This document shows positions 10,501-19,693 of a stretch of 64,000 nucleotides of DNA, one piece after another. The first letter of the stretch is position 1. Each line of letters begins with the position of its first letter. This DNA is from Candidatus Latescibacterota bacterium (GTDB lineage Bacteria; Latescibacterota; UBA2968; GCA-2709665): positions 768,001 through 832,000 of the forward strand of contig OZ241917.1 in NCBI GenBank assembly GCA_965203805.1, in the 5' to 3' direction. The position numbers and the translations under genes were made by a program. The notes under the pieces were generated by a model. That model was not told the origin of the DNA. It did no database searches and saw only the letters and a list, made by a program, of their open reading frames with translations.

Positions 10501-11911
10501 GTTTCAGTTGCGTGCTCTGGCGCCAGGTGAGACGTCGGTACATGCCCGATTCGGGCGCGTCACGTCACAGGCCGTCGTCAGTGTCTTTTCTGAGAAGACG
10601 GACGAAAGCGGCGGTGCGGATTCCACTGCAAATCTTCCGCCAGTGATCCTCTCACGCCCCGATACGCTTGTCATCGCAGGCCTCAAGTATGCGTACCTGC
10701 CGGTCGCCGAGGATCCCGAGGGCGATTCCGTGGTCTTTTTTGCACCACGGAAACCGGCGTGGCTGCACTGGACGGGATCCCGATTGGACGGAACACCTGA
10801 AGATGCCGGTCTATGGCCGGTTGCCGTCAGGGCGACCGACGGTCGTGACACGACAGAACAGGCGTTCACCATCCAGGTTGTAAGACCCGGCGCCTCACGG
10901 GAAGGCCGACCGGACAGCATCGCCTACGTCGGTGTGACATGGCGGCTCTCTCTGGATCTCGGCGGCGGGATTCAGGTTCAGGCAGAAGGCGGACCCGTTC
11001 CCGAAGCTTCGGGCGAATCCCTGGTGTGGCGCCCCCAATCCGGCGACGAAGGCCGGCGTGAAATCACGGTTTCCATGAGTGGACACGGCTCCGCGAGCCT
11101 GGTCCTGACATTCCGGATCATGGTCCATCCACGGCCGCAGATCGAGGTCACGGAGATCCTTGTCGATCCGGTAGAGGATGTAAGCGGAGATGGAACCCTG
11201 GACCGTTTCGGCGATCAATTCATCGAATTGTTCAATCCCGTCGAGTTTGAGGTGGACCTGTCCGACTGGACGCTCGGTGATGACGACGGGGAGCCGTTTG
11301 AGTTCCCGAGGGGAACGGTATTGAATGGGGGTGAACGTTTGACCCTATTCGGGGGCGGGCTGCGGGAGGCCCGAGAGGGCCGGTTCAGCGCAGGCGGGCG
11401 AATCGGAAACGGGCTGGACGAAGCGGACCGGCTCCTGCTGATCGCGCCGGACGGACCGGATACGCTGGTCGAGACCCGCTATACCGGCGGTCTTATCGGC
11501 GCGTCTCTAGTTCCCGACCCGAAGAACCCCGGCGGTTGGCTGCCCCACAACCAGATTTCCAGCCTGTTGTTTTCACCGGGGCTTGCCACACCGGCAGCGG
11601 ATTCCGCTGCGGCCCACGCGGAAAACGCCGCCAATGGCGTTGAGTCTTTTCCGGCTCACCCGTTTCCAAACCCGTTCAATATTCACACGACCATCGGGTT
11701 TCGCAGCACCGGCGATCCGGCTGAATTGACGGTATACAACATTCTCGGACAACCCGTACGGCGGTTTCCGGTCGCAGACGGCGCGGGTTTTCAGCAACTG
11801 GTGTGGGACGGATGCGACGACCTGGGGCGACCTGTCGGAACGGGCGTATACCTCATTCGAATTCGAAACGGATTGCACGTCCGCACAATGCGAGTGTTGC
11901 TGGTAAAGTGA
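7520..11911 (+). CDS. Large secreted protein: Ig-like domain, five lamin-tail (LTD)-like domains, further Ig-like domains, FlgD/T9SS-like C-terminal domain
   Basis: Signal peptide; five repeats of EILADP...DANRDG...DEFVE...GERxVLFGGG...GNGL; C-terminal PFPNPFN...VYNILGQ...WDG...GVYLIR; AAGGAG RBS. Confidence 0.85.
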   Translation: MKQVFFLIVVFQFLGQSALRAGIIATPDTLRFGPTRTGTSVMDSVVVVNRGQADLAFSSVDIDGTAFHLPDGLHYDEGVTLPPEQGIGVKVRFAPEDQADYSSTLTIGIGSGVLSITLEGEGVREVVVIQEVLADPPADADGDANRDGTRHSAQDEFVELLNIGFRTVELSGWQLTDAGTAPASRFTFPDNTELGPGERVVLFGGGSPTGFSGSVFADDGSIGGGLRNGGDSVFLIDPTAPDTIASAAYGSEGNKNQSLVRQPEGRGPFVLHSAFPGDGALFSPGRARSVTEPAEVAPGDTSAAPIGKDTGQAPVPSGSAGARVVIDEILADPAAGPPGDANRDGVRDGKADEFVEIWNVDSKPVTIGGWWLSDDDVGTNGRFYFPEGLVLEPGMRAVLFGGGNPRDLPGPVFVDDGSIGNGLTNKGDLVLLVDPVSDDTVAVARFQVAGDLNRSVVRFAEGVYVPHPDLPGGGGISPGLPHPRPAPPGGSERSLRPEFLDAPPSWCRVGALCRFAPRIRNLNGGFVHLETRAQGVVWDRFTGEIRWRPDKEGRFRFWQTAVSGSGAKTVRQFDVRVEPRPQIAIVEILADPPPGPAGDVNRDGTRDSQADEFVEIQNRGPAPVWITDWRLSDDDVSSRRQFRFPEFSRLHPGERAVLFGGGRPEGFEGQVFVDDGSIGNGLTNTADVILLIDPVLNDTLARATYNTEDDIDQSLVWDGDGWVPHRTPPGKGAYSPGLPSESGMVFAENDENRQTGGTDSDGAGPNAGDAGPDDPSGPAAVIISEILANPASGTGGDANADGERHGYRDEFVELWNPGPDTARLEGCRLGDDDTPWNRMFGFPAGTMLPPEGFLVLFGGGTLKNFTGAAFADDGRIGDGLSNSGDTVFFLSPDGEDTLDAVSFGSAPSGTSLVRHEDATLHRHDLLPYTGLISPGRAAPLLVAIRVVPDTIGMEPGSVRTVAANGLFDSEDLVDVTDELTWIVEDSTVARLESGFQLRALAPGETSVHARFGRVTSQAVVSVFSEKTDESGGADSTANLPPVILSRPDTLVIAGLKYAYLPVAEDPEGDSVVFFAPRKPAWLHWTGSRLDGTPEDAGLWPVAVRATDGRDTTEQAFTIQVVRPGASREGRPDSIAYVGVTWRLSLDLGGGIQVQAEGGPVPEASGESLVWRPQSGDEGRREITVSMSGHGSASLVLTFRIMVHPRPQIEVTEILVDPVEDVSGDGTLDRFGDQFIELFNPVEFEVDLSDWTLGDDDGEPFEFPRGTVLNGGERLTLFGGGLREAREGRFSAGGRIGNGLDEADRLLLIAPDGPDTLVETRYTGGLIGASLVPDPKNPGGWLPHNQISSLLFSPGLATPAADSAAAHAENAANGVESFPAHPFPNPFNIHTTIGFRSTGDPAELTVYNILGQPVRRFPVADGAGFQQLVWDGCDDLGRPVGTGVYLIRIRNGLHVRTMRVLLVK

Positions 11912-12099
11912 CCGGGGGTAACATCGATGCGCAACCGCGTCAGTACAAGAAAAACACCGCTATTGTGGACGTTGTGTACGCCGCTGGCGGTTGCGACAGG
12001 CCGCCGCCTTGCCGACGATGAGAACAGGCGGAGTACTTTGCCGGCATATGCTCGACAGCAACAAGCACGAAAAACCATCGCGGAAAGGGGGTGGATTTC

Positions 12100-12360
12100 A
12101 TGGCGCAGCCCGAGATTACGTTCAGGCATGGTTCCTGCAGCGCTTCGATATTTGAGAACGAATACAACCGCGGCAAGGAGAGCTTCAACGTCCGAACGGT
12201 TTCGTTTCAGAGGAGCTACCGGGACAAGCAAGGCGAGTGGCAGCGTTCCAGCAGCCTGCGGGTGAACGACATACCGAAAGCGATTCTGGTACTCAACAAA
12301 GCCTATGAGTACCTGACGTCCAACGGTCAGGCCGAAGTCGAGGAAGAAGCTGCAAGCTGA
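12100..12360 (+). CDS. Small hypothetical protein, possibly PC4-like nucleic-acid-binding
   Basis: RBS aagggggtg; SASIFEN...VSFQRSYRDKQGEW...NDIPKA pattern; own terminator downstream. Confidence 0.7.
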   Translation: MAQPEITFRHGSCSASIFENEYNRGKESFNVRTVSFQRSYRDKQGEWQRSSSLRVNDIPKAILVLNKAYEYLTSNGQAEVEEEAAS

Positions 12361-12383
12361 AGCAGGATATACCGTAGGTTGCG

Positions 12384-12424
12384 AAGAGGGATAACCGGTT
12401 CCATTTCCCGGTTATCCCTCTTTT
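12384..12424 (+). terminator. Intrinsic terminator
   Basis: aagagggataaccgg / ccggttatccctctt stem ending in a T tract. Confidence 0.85.
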
Positions 12425-12700
12425 GCATAATTTAGCCTTAATGCGACAAATTCAGCAACTCGGCGTCGCGACAACACCTTTCGAATTGGGCCGAAAAGGT
12501 CGTCCGGAAGGGCATTTTTTCCGTTCACGTCCAGTGACCTGAAGGATCATAGAAATCAGCAGTTAAATCGCCTTTATCCGCTTGCATATACTCGAATTAA
12601 CGTCCCCGAAAAATGACGGATCAAGATCAGGTTCTATTGTTGTTTCCAAGACGATTTGTTCGTATCTTCGGTGGAACGTGAATAGGAAGGGCTAACGAGC

Positions 12701-13636
12701 ATGTGGAGCGTTCTCATGGAAGACGAGCAGATCAATGTTGAGAAATCTCTGCGTCGGCTGACCGGCGAAATGCAGAATTTCCAGGACATCGTCAAGCATA
12801 TCAAGCCGCCTTCGGGTGAAATCCCGGAATTGGACGGAATCGATATTTTCGGGGAAACCATTCCGCTGTACGACCAGATCGGCGGGGACCACATTATATA
12901 TATCGACTTTAAGAAACGTTACGATCTGGAGGCGCGAGTCAGGCAGGCTGAGAACGAGGGCCGCAACTGTGTAGCCGCAAACCTGAGAAGATGCCAAAGG
13001 ATGGCCGGGATTGCGCTTGTGGATGTGTCGGGTCACCAGATCACCGATGCGATGCTGGCAGGCATGCTGCACGGCGCATTCCTGCTAGGCGCGATATATG
13101 AATTGGACCAGTTTGGAATTATAACCGAGAGACTCTTCGAGAACCTGAACACCAGGATCTACAATTCTTCCAGCGTGAGCAAGTTCCTGACGATGATCTA
13201 CGGGGAAATCAGCGAAGACGAGACGTTCAAGTTCCTTTCTGCCGCACACCCGATGCCGATTGTCTTTTCCAATGCCCAGAATCGGATTATGGACATCAGT
13301 GAAGACCTGTTTGTGAATTTTCCTCCGATAGGAACGTTGCCATCGAAAGAGGATATCGACCGGGACGCGGTCCAGAGTGTTCTCGGCTTCAAGGAGAAAT
13401 ACGAGATTAATGAATGGACGCTGAAGGGTTCCGGAGACATCCTTTTGTTGTATACCGATGGATTGACGGACCACCGCCGGGGAGACGAAGAGTACTTCCC
13501 CATTGGCCTCGAAACCGTACTCCGCAGGGAAAAAGAGCGCTCGGCGCGCGGAATTTTCGATGCCATCAAGAAGGACCTGCTCGACTTTGCCCAACCCGTA
13601 GACGATATCAGTCTTGTTGTAATAAAGAGGACATAG
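12701..13636 (+). CDS. PP2C-family (SpoIIE/RsbU-like) Ser/Thr phosphatase
   Basis: IGGD, DVSGH, LLYTDG and DDISLVVI motifs; the start may instead be ATG 12716. Confidence 0.88.
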   Translation: MWSVLMEDEQINVEKSLRRLTGEMQNFQDIVKHIKPPSGEIPELDGIDIFGETIPLYDQIGGDHIIYIDFKKRYDLEARVRQAENEGRNCVAANLRRCQRMAGIALVDVSGHQITDAMLAGMLHGAFLLGAIYELDQFGIITERLFENLNTRIYNSSSVSKFLTMIYGEISEDETFKFLSAAHPMPIVFSNAQNRIMDISEDLFVNFPPIGTLPSKEDIDRDAVQSVLGFKEKYEINEWTLKGSGDILLLYTDGLTDHRRGDEEYFPIGLETVLRREKERSARGIFDAIKKDLLDFAQPVDDISLVVIKRT

Positions 13637-13712
13637 CAGTATCCCTCCGGCCGCGGGCGTCGAAGAGCCGGACCGGATCCGAATCGGACGGAATACCGCA
13701 GGAGGCAATGCC

Positions 13713-15122
13713 ATGAAGATGTTTGTCAATTCCCGCTGGACGGACAAGAGTGAGAAGATCGAAGTGCTGAATCCGTACGATGGCTCTGTGATCGACACGG
13801 TACCACGGGCCGATGGCGCCGACGTACAGGCCGCCCTCGCGACGGCGGTCAGGGGCGCCGAAATCATGGGGGCGATGCCGGCACACGAGCGATACCGCAT
13901 TCTTCACCGCGCCGCGGAGTTGATGGCTGACCGTCAGGATGATTTCGGGTGGACCATCTCCGCCGAAGAGGGAAAGATCATATCCGAGGGGCGCGGGGAA
14001 GCCGCACGGGCGGTCGATACGATGACGCTATCGGCGGAAGAAGCGAAACGGCTTTACGGAGAGACGATTCCGCTGGACGGCGCGACCGGCGCGGAGGGCA
14101 AGTTCGGGTTTACCGTAAGGGTTCCCTGCGGCGTTGTCGTTGCCATTACGCCTTTTAATTTTCCGTTGAATCTGGTCTGCCACAAGGTTGGCCCGGCGCT
14201 GGCGGCTGGAAATTCCGTGATCGTAAAGCCGGCCACCGACACGCCTCTTTCTGCCATGAAACTCGTGGAGGCGCTTCTGGATGCGGGCGCACCGGCCGAA
14301 GCCGTGCAGTGTATCACCGGACCCGGGGGCGAAATCGGAGACATCCTGTCGTCTGATTCCAGAGTACGTAAGATCTCCTTCACGGGCAGCAGAGACGTCG
14401 GCGAACGAATCTGCAAAGCGGCGGGGTTGAAGAAGGTGACGATGGAACTGGGGTCCAATTCGCCGCTGATTGTAATGCCGGACGCCGATCTGGAAAAGGT
14501 GGCTGAAGCGACAGCCGCGACCGGATTTGCAAATGCCGGGCAGGTCTGCATTTCAGCGCAGCGGGTAATGGTAAACAAGGCGGTCTATGAGGACTTCATC
14601 GAGGTACTCCTGCCGCGAGTGGAGGCCATGACAACGGGCGACCAACTGGATGAATCCGTATCCATGGGGCCGATGATTCGAGAGATCGATGCGGAGCGGG
14701 TAAGCGACTGGATACACGAGGCGAGCGAAGGCGGAGCAAGGGTAATCGCGGGCGGTGACCGGAACGGTACATTACACGCACCCACAGTGGTCGCGGACGT
14801 CGATCCCAGGATGCGGATTTCCTGCGACGAACTCTTCGGTCCGGCCGTCGGACTGACTCGATTCGAGACCATCGATGAGGCCATCGCCTCGGCAAACGAC
14901 AGCAATTACGGATTGTCGGCCGCCCTGTTCACTGAGAATCTGGACCACGCGATGCAGTTCGTCAACAAGGTGGAGTCAGGCAATATTATGGTGAATTGGG
15001 GCCCTCAATGGCGGGCTGACCTGATGCCTTACGGAGGACTCAAGGAAAGCGGGATGGGCAAGGAAGGGCCCAAGTACGCCGTGGAGGAAATGACAGAGCT
15101 GAAGATGGTGGTTTTTCATTAA
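13713..15122 (+). CDS. NAD(P)-dependent aldehyde dehydrogenase
   Basis: PFNFP, FTGS, MELG (catalytic Glu), GQVC (catalytic Cys), ELFGP, PYGGLKESG; GGAGG RBS. Confidence 0.95.
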   Translation: MKMFVNSRWTDKSEKIEVLNPYDGSVIDTVPRADGADVQAALATAVRGAEIMGAMPAHERYRILHRAAELMADRQDDFGWTISAEEGKIISEGRGEAARAVDTMTLSAEEAKRLYGETIPLDGATGAEGKFGFTVRVPCGVVVAITPFNFPLNLVCHKVGPALAAGNSVIVKPATDTPLSAMKLVEALLDAGAPAEAVQCITGPGGEIGDILSSDSRVRKISFTGSRDVGERICKAAGLKKVTMELGSNSPLIVMPDADLEKVAEATAATGFANAGQVCISAQRVMVNKAVYEDFIEVLLPRVEAMTTGDQLDESVSMGPMIREIDAERVSDWIHEASEGGARVIAGGDRNGTLHAPTVVADVDPRMRISCDELFGPAVGLTRFETIDEAIASANDSNYGLSAALFTENLDHAMQFVNKVESGNIMVNWGPQWRADLMPYGGLKESGMGKEGPKYAVEEMTELKMVVFH

Positions 15123-15246
15123 TCGCGGGGGCGTGAACCAGCCGACTGCAGGACGGTGGTGCGGGTCGCTTAAAGAGGTGCGCGACGCCTGCATGACCGC
15201 GTGTGAAGTGCGCGAATTTGTGAAATCCAGCCCGTTTTCGGGCATT

Positions 15247-15282
15247 AAAAAAAGCGGGGTGCCCTGGTTGGCGCTCCGCTTT
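15247..15282 (-). terminator. Intrinsic terminator downstream of the HU/IHF gene
   Basis: aaagcggggtgcc / ggcgctccgcttt stem with an A7 tract (U tract on the minus strand). Confidence 0.65.
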
Positions 15283-15397
15283 CTGCGTTTGCATTGGATC
15301 TATCTGGACGTGCGGCCGGCTGTTTTTTTGACGATTGAACCCCGATGTGACGGGTTGCCTGCCGAACCGGCCGGAAATTTCGTAAGATCAACAGGCG

Positions 15398-15712
15398 TCA
15401 GGAACCCTGACGTTCGGTTGGATCAAGGGGCCGGTGGAGCGCTTTTTTGATGAGCACGCCGGCCTTGAAATAGCTCTTCTTCCGTGCGGGCACATACACG
15501 ATTTCACCTGTCCGGGGGTTGCGCGCCGCAGGTTTGGGCTTGGTATTCTTTACGCCAAGAACGCCAAACCCGCGAATTTCGATGCGATCTCCTGAAATGA
15601 GGCTCTCGCGCATAGCCTTGAAGAGCGTGTCTACAACCTCGTAGGCGAGTTGTTTCCTCACGCCCAGGCGTTCGGAAATCTCGAGCGCCAGATCTTTCTT
15701 GGTTGTCGTCAT
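15398..15712 (-). CDS. HU/IHF-family DNA-binding protein
   Basis: TKKDLA...RIEIRGFG...ARNPRTGE signature; GGAG RBS before ATG 15712. Confidence 0.93.
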   Translation of the reverse strand: MTTTKKDLALEISERLGVRKQLAYEVVDTLFKAMRESLISGDRIEIRGFGVLGVKNTKPKPAARNPRTGEIVYVPARKKSYFKAGVLIKKALHRPLDPTERQGS

Positions 15713-15752
15713 TTTCTCCTCCCGATTGGCCTGCTCGATTGAGCCGAATCGT

Positions 15753-15782
15753 AATATAGAACCAAAGTGTCGATTGTTGCAA
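15753..15782 (-). promoter_or_regulatory. Putative sigma70 promoter of the HU/IHF gene
   Basis: Minus strand TTGCAA-18 nt-TATATT next to an AT-rich region. Confidence 0.5.
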
Positions 15783-16091
15783 GAAAAAAATTTACTAGAA
15801 GTTACACGGATTTCCACCACACCGGAACCCGCCTGCACGATTTGGACTCCCTTATAATTGGTTGTTTTTAATAAACTTACATGGGAATTAATATATCTTA
15901 TTGAAATTTAATCACTTACACGAATTATTTCTCTTTTGGATTTTTCTTCGAACGCGCCAACAGGACGCGGGGGAGGCGTGTGGACCCTGAACAACGTGGC
16001 GAACTTCGGACGGAAATGCCCGCAATCGCCGATGCCCGGGCTGGGCATCGTTAACGAGCTTTCGCACGAGGGCCGGAGTATTTGCCGGAAC

Positions 16092-17306
16092 TCAGCCGAT
16101 TCGCTGTTCGCGCAAGGCTTCCAGCAGGCAGTCGACGTGGTCGAATCCGTTGATGATGTGGGTAGACACCCGGATCCAGTGGGCCCCGTCTATCCTTTCC
16201 ACCGGCACGGTGATCCGAAATCTATCGTAAAGGTCGAGGCTCTCGAAGCCCGCAACGTGGAATGCAGAGATTAAACCCGACATGCCGGCGCCGGACGGTG
16301 TGAGCAGTCTTGCCCATCCGGTTGCCGCCATGCCTTCCCGAAGATAGGCCGCCAACGCCCTGCCTCTATTCAGAATACGATACTTGCCAACCTGTTCCTG
16401 GAAATCGACGGCTTCAGCTACGGCGGCGAATACGGCCTGATCCCGGGTGCCCCAGTTCTCAAGCCCCCACATATACGGACGGTCGCCCAGTCTCAACACG
16501 CCGTCCGCATCGCGTCTTGGGCCCTCTCGGTTGTATCCCCAGCTTACGATGACGTGATCCAGATGCTCTTGCGCGAGCGGAGACGCGTAGAGGAACCCCG
16601 TACCCTTCGGCGCGCATAGCCACTTGTGACAGTTTCCGCCGTAAAAATCACAATCCATGGCATTCAGGTCCAGGGGGATCATGCCCGGGGCATGGGCGCC
16701 GTCGACTGCAATCATCGCACCTCTCTGGCGGGCAAGGCGCGCCAGCGCGCCAATTGGCGCGATCAGGCCGGTGCGGGTGAAAATGTGACTGCAGAGGACC
16801 AGCCGTGTGCGGCCGGTAAACCCCTCTTCAAAGGCATCCACGATATCGTCGGGATTGTTCGTCGTCAGCGGAATCCTGGCGCGCTTCACGACAACCCCGC
16901 GTCGTCGTTCCACATGGTGGAGGCAGTGATCGATTGCACCATATTCCTTGTCAGAGGCGAGGATTTCATCTCCGCGGCGCCAATTCAGACCATTGATCAC
17001 CATATTGATCGCGACTGTAACGTTGCAGGTAAACGCGATGTTCTCCGGCGGCGCGTTGATAAAGCCACCCAGCCGGCGGCGACCTTCGTCCACGGCACCC
17101 GCGTGTTTTGCACGATTTCGGATCGGGCTGCGTTCAACGTCCTCGAGAATCGCGGTCATTTGCTCGAAGACCCGCCTGGGCTGAACGCCAACGGATCCGG
17201 TGTTGAGATAGATCTCGTCGGCGCCGATCATAAACGATTTGCGAATCTTTCGCCAATAGGCTTCCTCGGCCGTGGAAGTGGGCCAGGCCGCGTCAGGAGA
17301 GTGCAC
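16092..17306 (-). CDS. Class V PLP-dependent aminotransferase (isopenicillin N epimerase / cysteine desulfurase-like)
   Basis: YLNTGS, DGAHAPG, NCHKW (PLP Lys), WGTRD, IRVSTH; GGGAGG RBS before GTG 17306. Confidence 0.88.
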   Translation of the reverse strand: MHSPDAAWPTSTAEEAYWRKIRKSFMIGADEIYLNTGSVGVQPRRVFEQMTAILEDVERSPIRNRAKHAGAVDEGRRRLGGFINAPPENIAFTCNVTVAINMVINGLNWRRGDEILASDKEYGAIDHCLHHVERRRGVVVKRARIPLTTNNPDDIVDAFEEGFTGRTRLVLCSHIFTRTGLIAPIGALARLARQRGAMIAVDGAHAPGMIPLDLNAMDCDFYGGNCHKWLCAPKGTGFLYASPLAQEHLDHVIVSWGYNREGPRRDADGVLRLGDRPYMWGLENWGTRDQAVFAAVAEAVDFQEQVGKYRILNRGRALAAYLREGMAATGWARLLTPSGAGMSGLISAFHVAGFESLDLYDRFRITVPVERIDGAHWIRVSTHIINGFDHVDCLLEALREQRIG

Positions 17307-17682
17307 CGGTACCTCCCGGTCTGAAAGCGTACAACGGTTTGAGCCAGCGACAGCTGTGGCCCGGGAAAGGACGGACTGCGGGTTGCCGCACAATTGTAAA
17401 TTCCAGACCGTCTGCAATCAAGTCCTTTGTGCGCGAAACCGGGATCGTTCCCGGGAATGCCGGGCGCATCGCCGGGGTCCGCTGCCGTGTCGTTCTCCTT
17501 GCGGAAACCTGGACGACTGAACACGTTCGGCGAGACCTGCAGGTGTTTCGGGTGCGGCGCGGGCCGGAATCCTTCACGAGGTCGCAACCCGGCCGATCGG
17601 GGACTTTCGATCGGCGAGGCGCGTCGGGGTCCGGCGTGATTGTCCCGGCGACACCACGAGGTTCGGTCTGCTGTAACCTACC

Positions 17683-17711
17683 TTGACAGCGTAATTTATC
17701 TTGTCTATATT
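17683..17711 (+). promoter_or_regulatory. Sigma70 promoter upstream of the FDH operon
   Basis: TTGACA-17 nt-TATATT. Confidence 0.7.
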
Positions 17712-17991
17712 ATCTTGAGCAATCGCCGGCGGCTGCCGTTTGCAAGGCGTTTGACTGCGGTTTTCGCTGGTGCACGCAAGACGGGCAATCGATGTCTTCA
17801 TTATCCGTCGATCGCTTCAGGAATCATTCCGTATCGTTGCACTTGTTTCTGTTTGGATTCGGTGAACTGAAGCGCGGCCGGTCGACGATCTGAAATCGTC
17901 TTTCTGGTTCCGGCCGATTCCCGGCGAAAGCAGCCTGGTCGATCCGGATTCAGGCGGGTGGTTTGCCAACAGGCATCGATGGGAGCGTACA

Positions 17992-19653
17992 ATGGGGGGC
18001 CTTCGAGACGACGAGCTGGTTCGACGCTGGAAAGACGAGCCGGCGCCCCTGCTGCCATTGTTGCACGCGTTCCACGACCGGGATGGATATGTCTCCGATG
18101 AGGCCATCCGATCCATATCCGCGGGCTTGAAAACACCACTGGCGGATCTGTTTGGAACCGTTACGTTCTACCATCACCTATCCCGCAAGCCCGGGGGCCT
18201 GGATGAATATCGGGTGTGCACCGGCCCGGTATGCGCGCTTCGGGGAGCGCGGGAGATGTGCGATGCCCTTAACGGGGTTCCAATGGCATGCCCGGGCAGG
18301 TGCGATCAACCGGTACCCGTAATTCAGAACCACCGCGTACTCGTGGGTTCGAATGCAGGGTGCCTGCGGGAGGTCCCGACGCCACTGCCGGAAGACAACC
18401 CGGGCGGCTTCGATGAATGCGTCTTTCGTCATATTCGCGCGTCGAGCCGCTCGGAACTCCAGGGGTATCGCGAAACCCGCGGATACGACGGTCTGGAAGA
18501 AGCCGTAACCAGGATGGCGCCATCGGAGGTCGTGGAACGGGTCAAGGAGAGCGGGCTGGCGGGGCGCGGAGGGGCAGGCTTCCCCACGGGCGCAAAATGG
18601 AAGGCGGTTGCGGACGCCGGCGGCGGTACGAAGACGGTTGTATGCAACGCCGACGAAGGGGAACCCGGCTGCTTCAAGGATCGTGCCCTGATGGACTATG
18701 ATCCCCACTCAGTGCTGGAGGGAATGGCCATTGCCGCCTACGCAACCGGCGCCAAACGGGGGTTCATCTATCTTCGGTACGAGTACCCGCAGACGTTGAA
18801 CGTCCTGGAACGCGCCATCGGAGAAGCCGAGGCCGCCGGATTGCTTGGCAACGGCATTATGGGGACTGACTTCGACTTTCGGGTACATCTTCGGCGCGGG
18901 GGAGGGGCGTACGTGTGCGGAGAAGAGGGGTCGCTGCTCAACAGCCTGGAGGGCAAACACCCGTTCCCGAGAAACCGCCCGCCCTATCCCGTAACACACG
19001 GGTTCGAAGATATGCCCACGGCGGTAAACAACGTTGAAACGCTGGTTGCCGTACCTCAAATCCTCCGGAAAGGTGCGGATTGGTACCGGGCACTCGGACT
19101 GAACGGACATCCAGGCACCAAAATTATCAGTCTGTCGGGCGATATATCGAAGCCGGGGAATTACGAGGTCCCATTCGGCCTGCCGCTGAAGACCCTGCTG
19201 TACGATTGGGGTGGCGGCGCGCCCGGGGGTCGGAGCATCCAGGCGGTCACCATGGCCGGGCTGTCCGGAGGGTTCATCGCGGGTGAGGCACTGGAAGCCA
19301 CGCTGGATGAACCCGGCCTCCGCAGTTTCGGTTCTTTTCTGGGCGCCGGTGGCATCATCGTCTTTGACGCCAGCCGGAACATGGTCGAGGTTGCCCACGG
19401 CGCGATGGCCTTCTTTGCAGACGAGTCCTGCGGCAAGTGTTTTCCGTGCCGCATCGGGACTCGCCGGCTGTCCGAGAGGCTTAAGGGCGACGGCCCCCGG
19501 CATGCCGGGCCGTGGCGGGCGGAGGTCCATGATATCGGCCAGACCATGATGGCGACCAGCGCGTGCGGATTGGGCACGGCGGCGCCTCTGGTGACCGAAA
19601 GCCTCATGAAGTACTTTCCGAATCAGGTGGAGACGCACATCGCACGCCAGTAG
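17992..19653 (+). CDS. NuoE-NuoF fusion (FdsG/FdsB-like diaphorase subunit of an NAD-linked FDH)
   Basis: TVTFYH, CTGPVC and CPGRC (2Fe-2S); GRGGAGFP, NADEGEPG, GAYVCGEE (FMN/NAD); ESCGKCFPC...CGLG (4Fe-4S). Confidence 0.92.
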   Translation: MGGLRDDELVRRWKDEPAPLLPLLHAFHDRDGYVSDEAIRSISAGLKTPLADLFGTVTFYHHLSRKPGGLDEYRVCTGPVCALRGAREMCDALNGVPMACPGRCDQPVPVIQNHRVLVGSNAGCLREVPTPLPEDNPGGFDECVFRHIRASSRSELQGYRETRGYDGLEEAVTRMAPSEVVERVKESGLAGRGGAGFPTGAKWKAVADAGGGTKTVVCNADEGEPGCFKDRALMDYDPHSVLEGMAIAAYATGAKRGFIYLRYEYPQTLNVLERAIGEAEAAGLLGNGIMGTDFDFRVHLRRGGGAYVCGEEGSLLNSLEGKHPFPRNRPPYPVTHGFEDMPTAVNNVETLVAVPQILRKGADWYRALGLNGHPGTKIISLSGDISKPGNYEVPFGLPLKTLLYDWGGGAPGGRSIQAVTMAGLSGGFIAGEALEATLDEPGLRSFGSFLGAGGIIVFDASRNMVEVAHGAMAFFADESCGKCFPCRIGTRRLSERLKGDGPRHAGPWRAEVHDIGQTMMATSACGLGTAAPLVTESLMKYFPNQVETHIARQ

Positions 19654-19693
19654 CTGGCGCGTATTAACCGTAACCGAATCCGGAAGGCGGGGA

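Noticed and set aside
7900-11580. CRISPR-like or tandem DNA repeats
   Set aside because: These are diverged protein-domain repeats inside one CDS, with no repeat-spacer periodicity and no cas genes.
17420-17680. tRNA-Sec or a known riboswitch near the FDH operon
   Set aside because: No cloverleaf, TTCGA T-loop with acceptor stem, or riboswitch consensus was recognised by eye.
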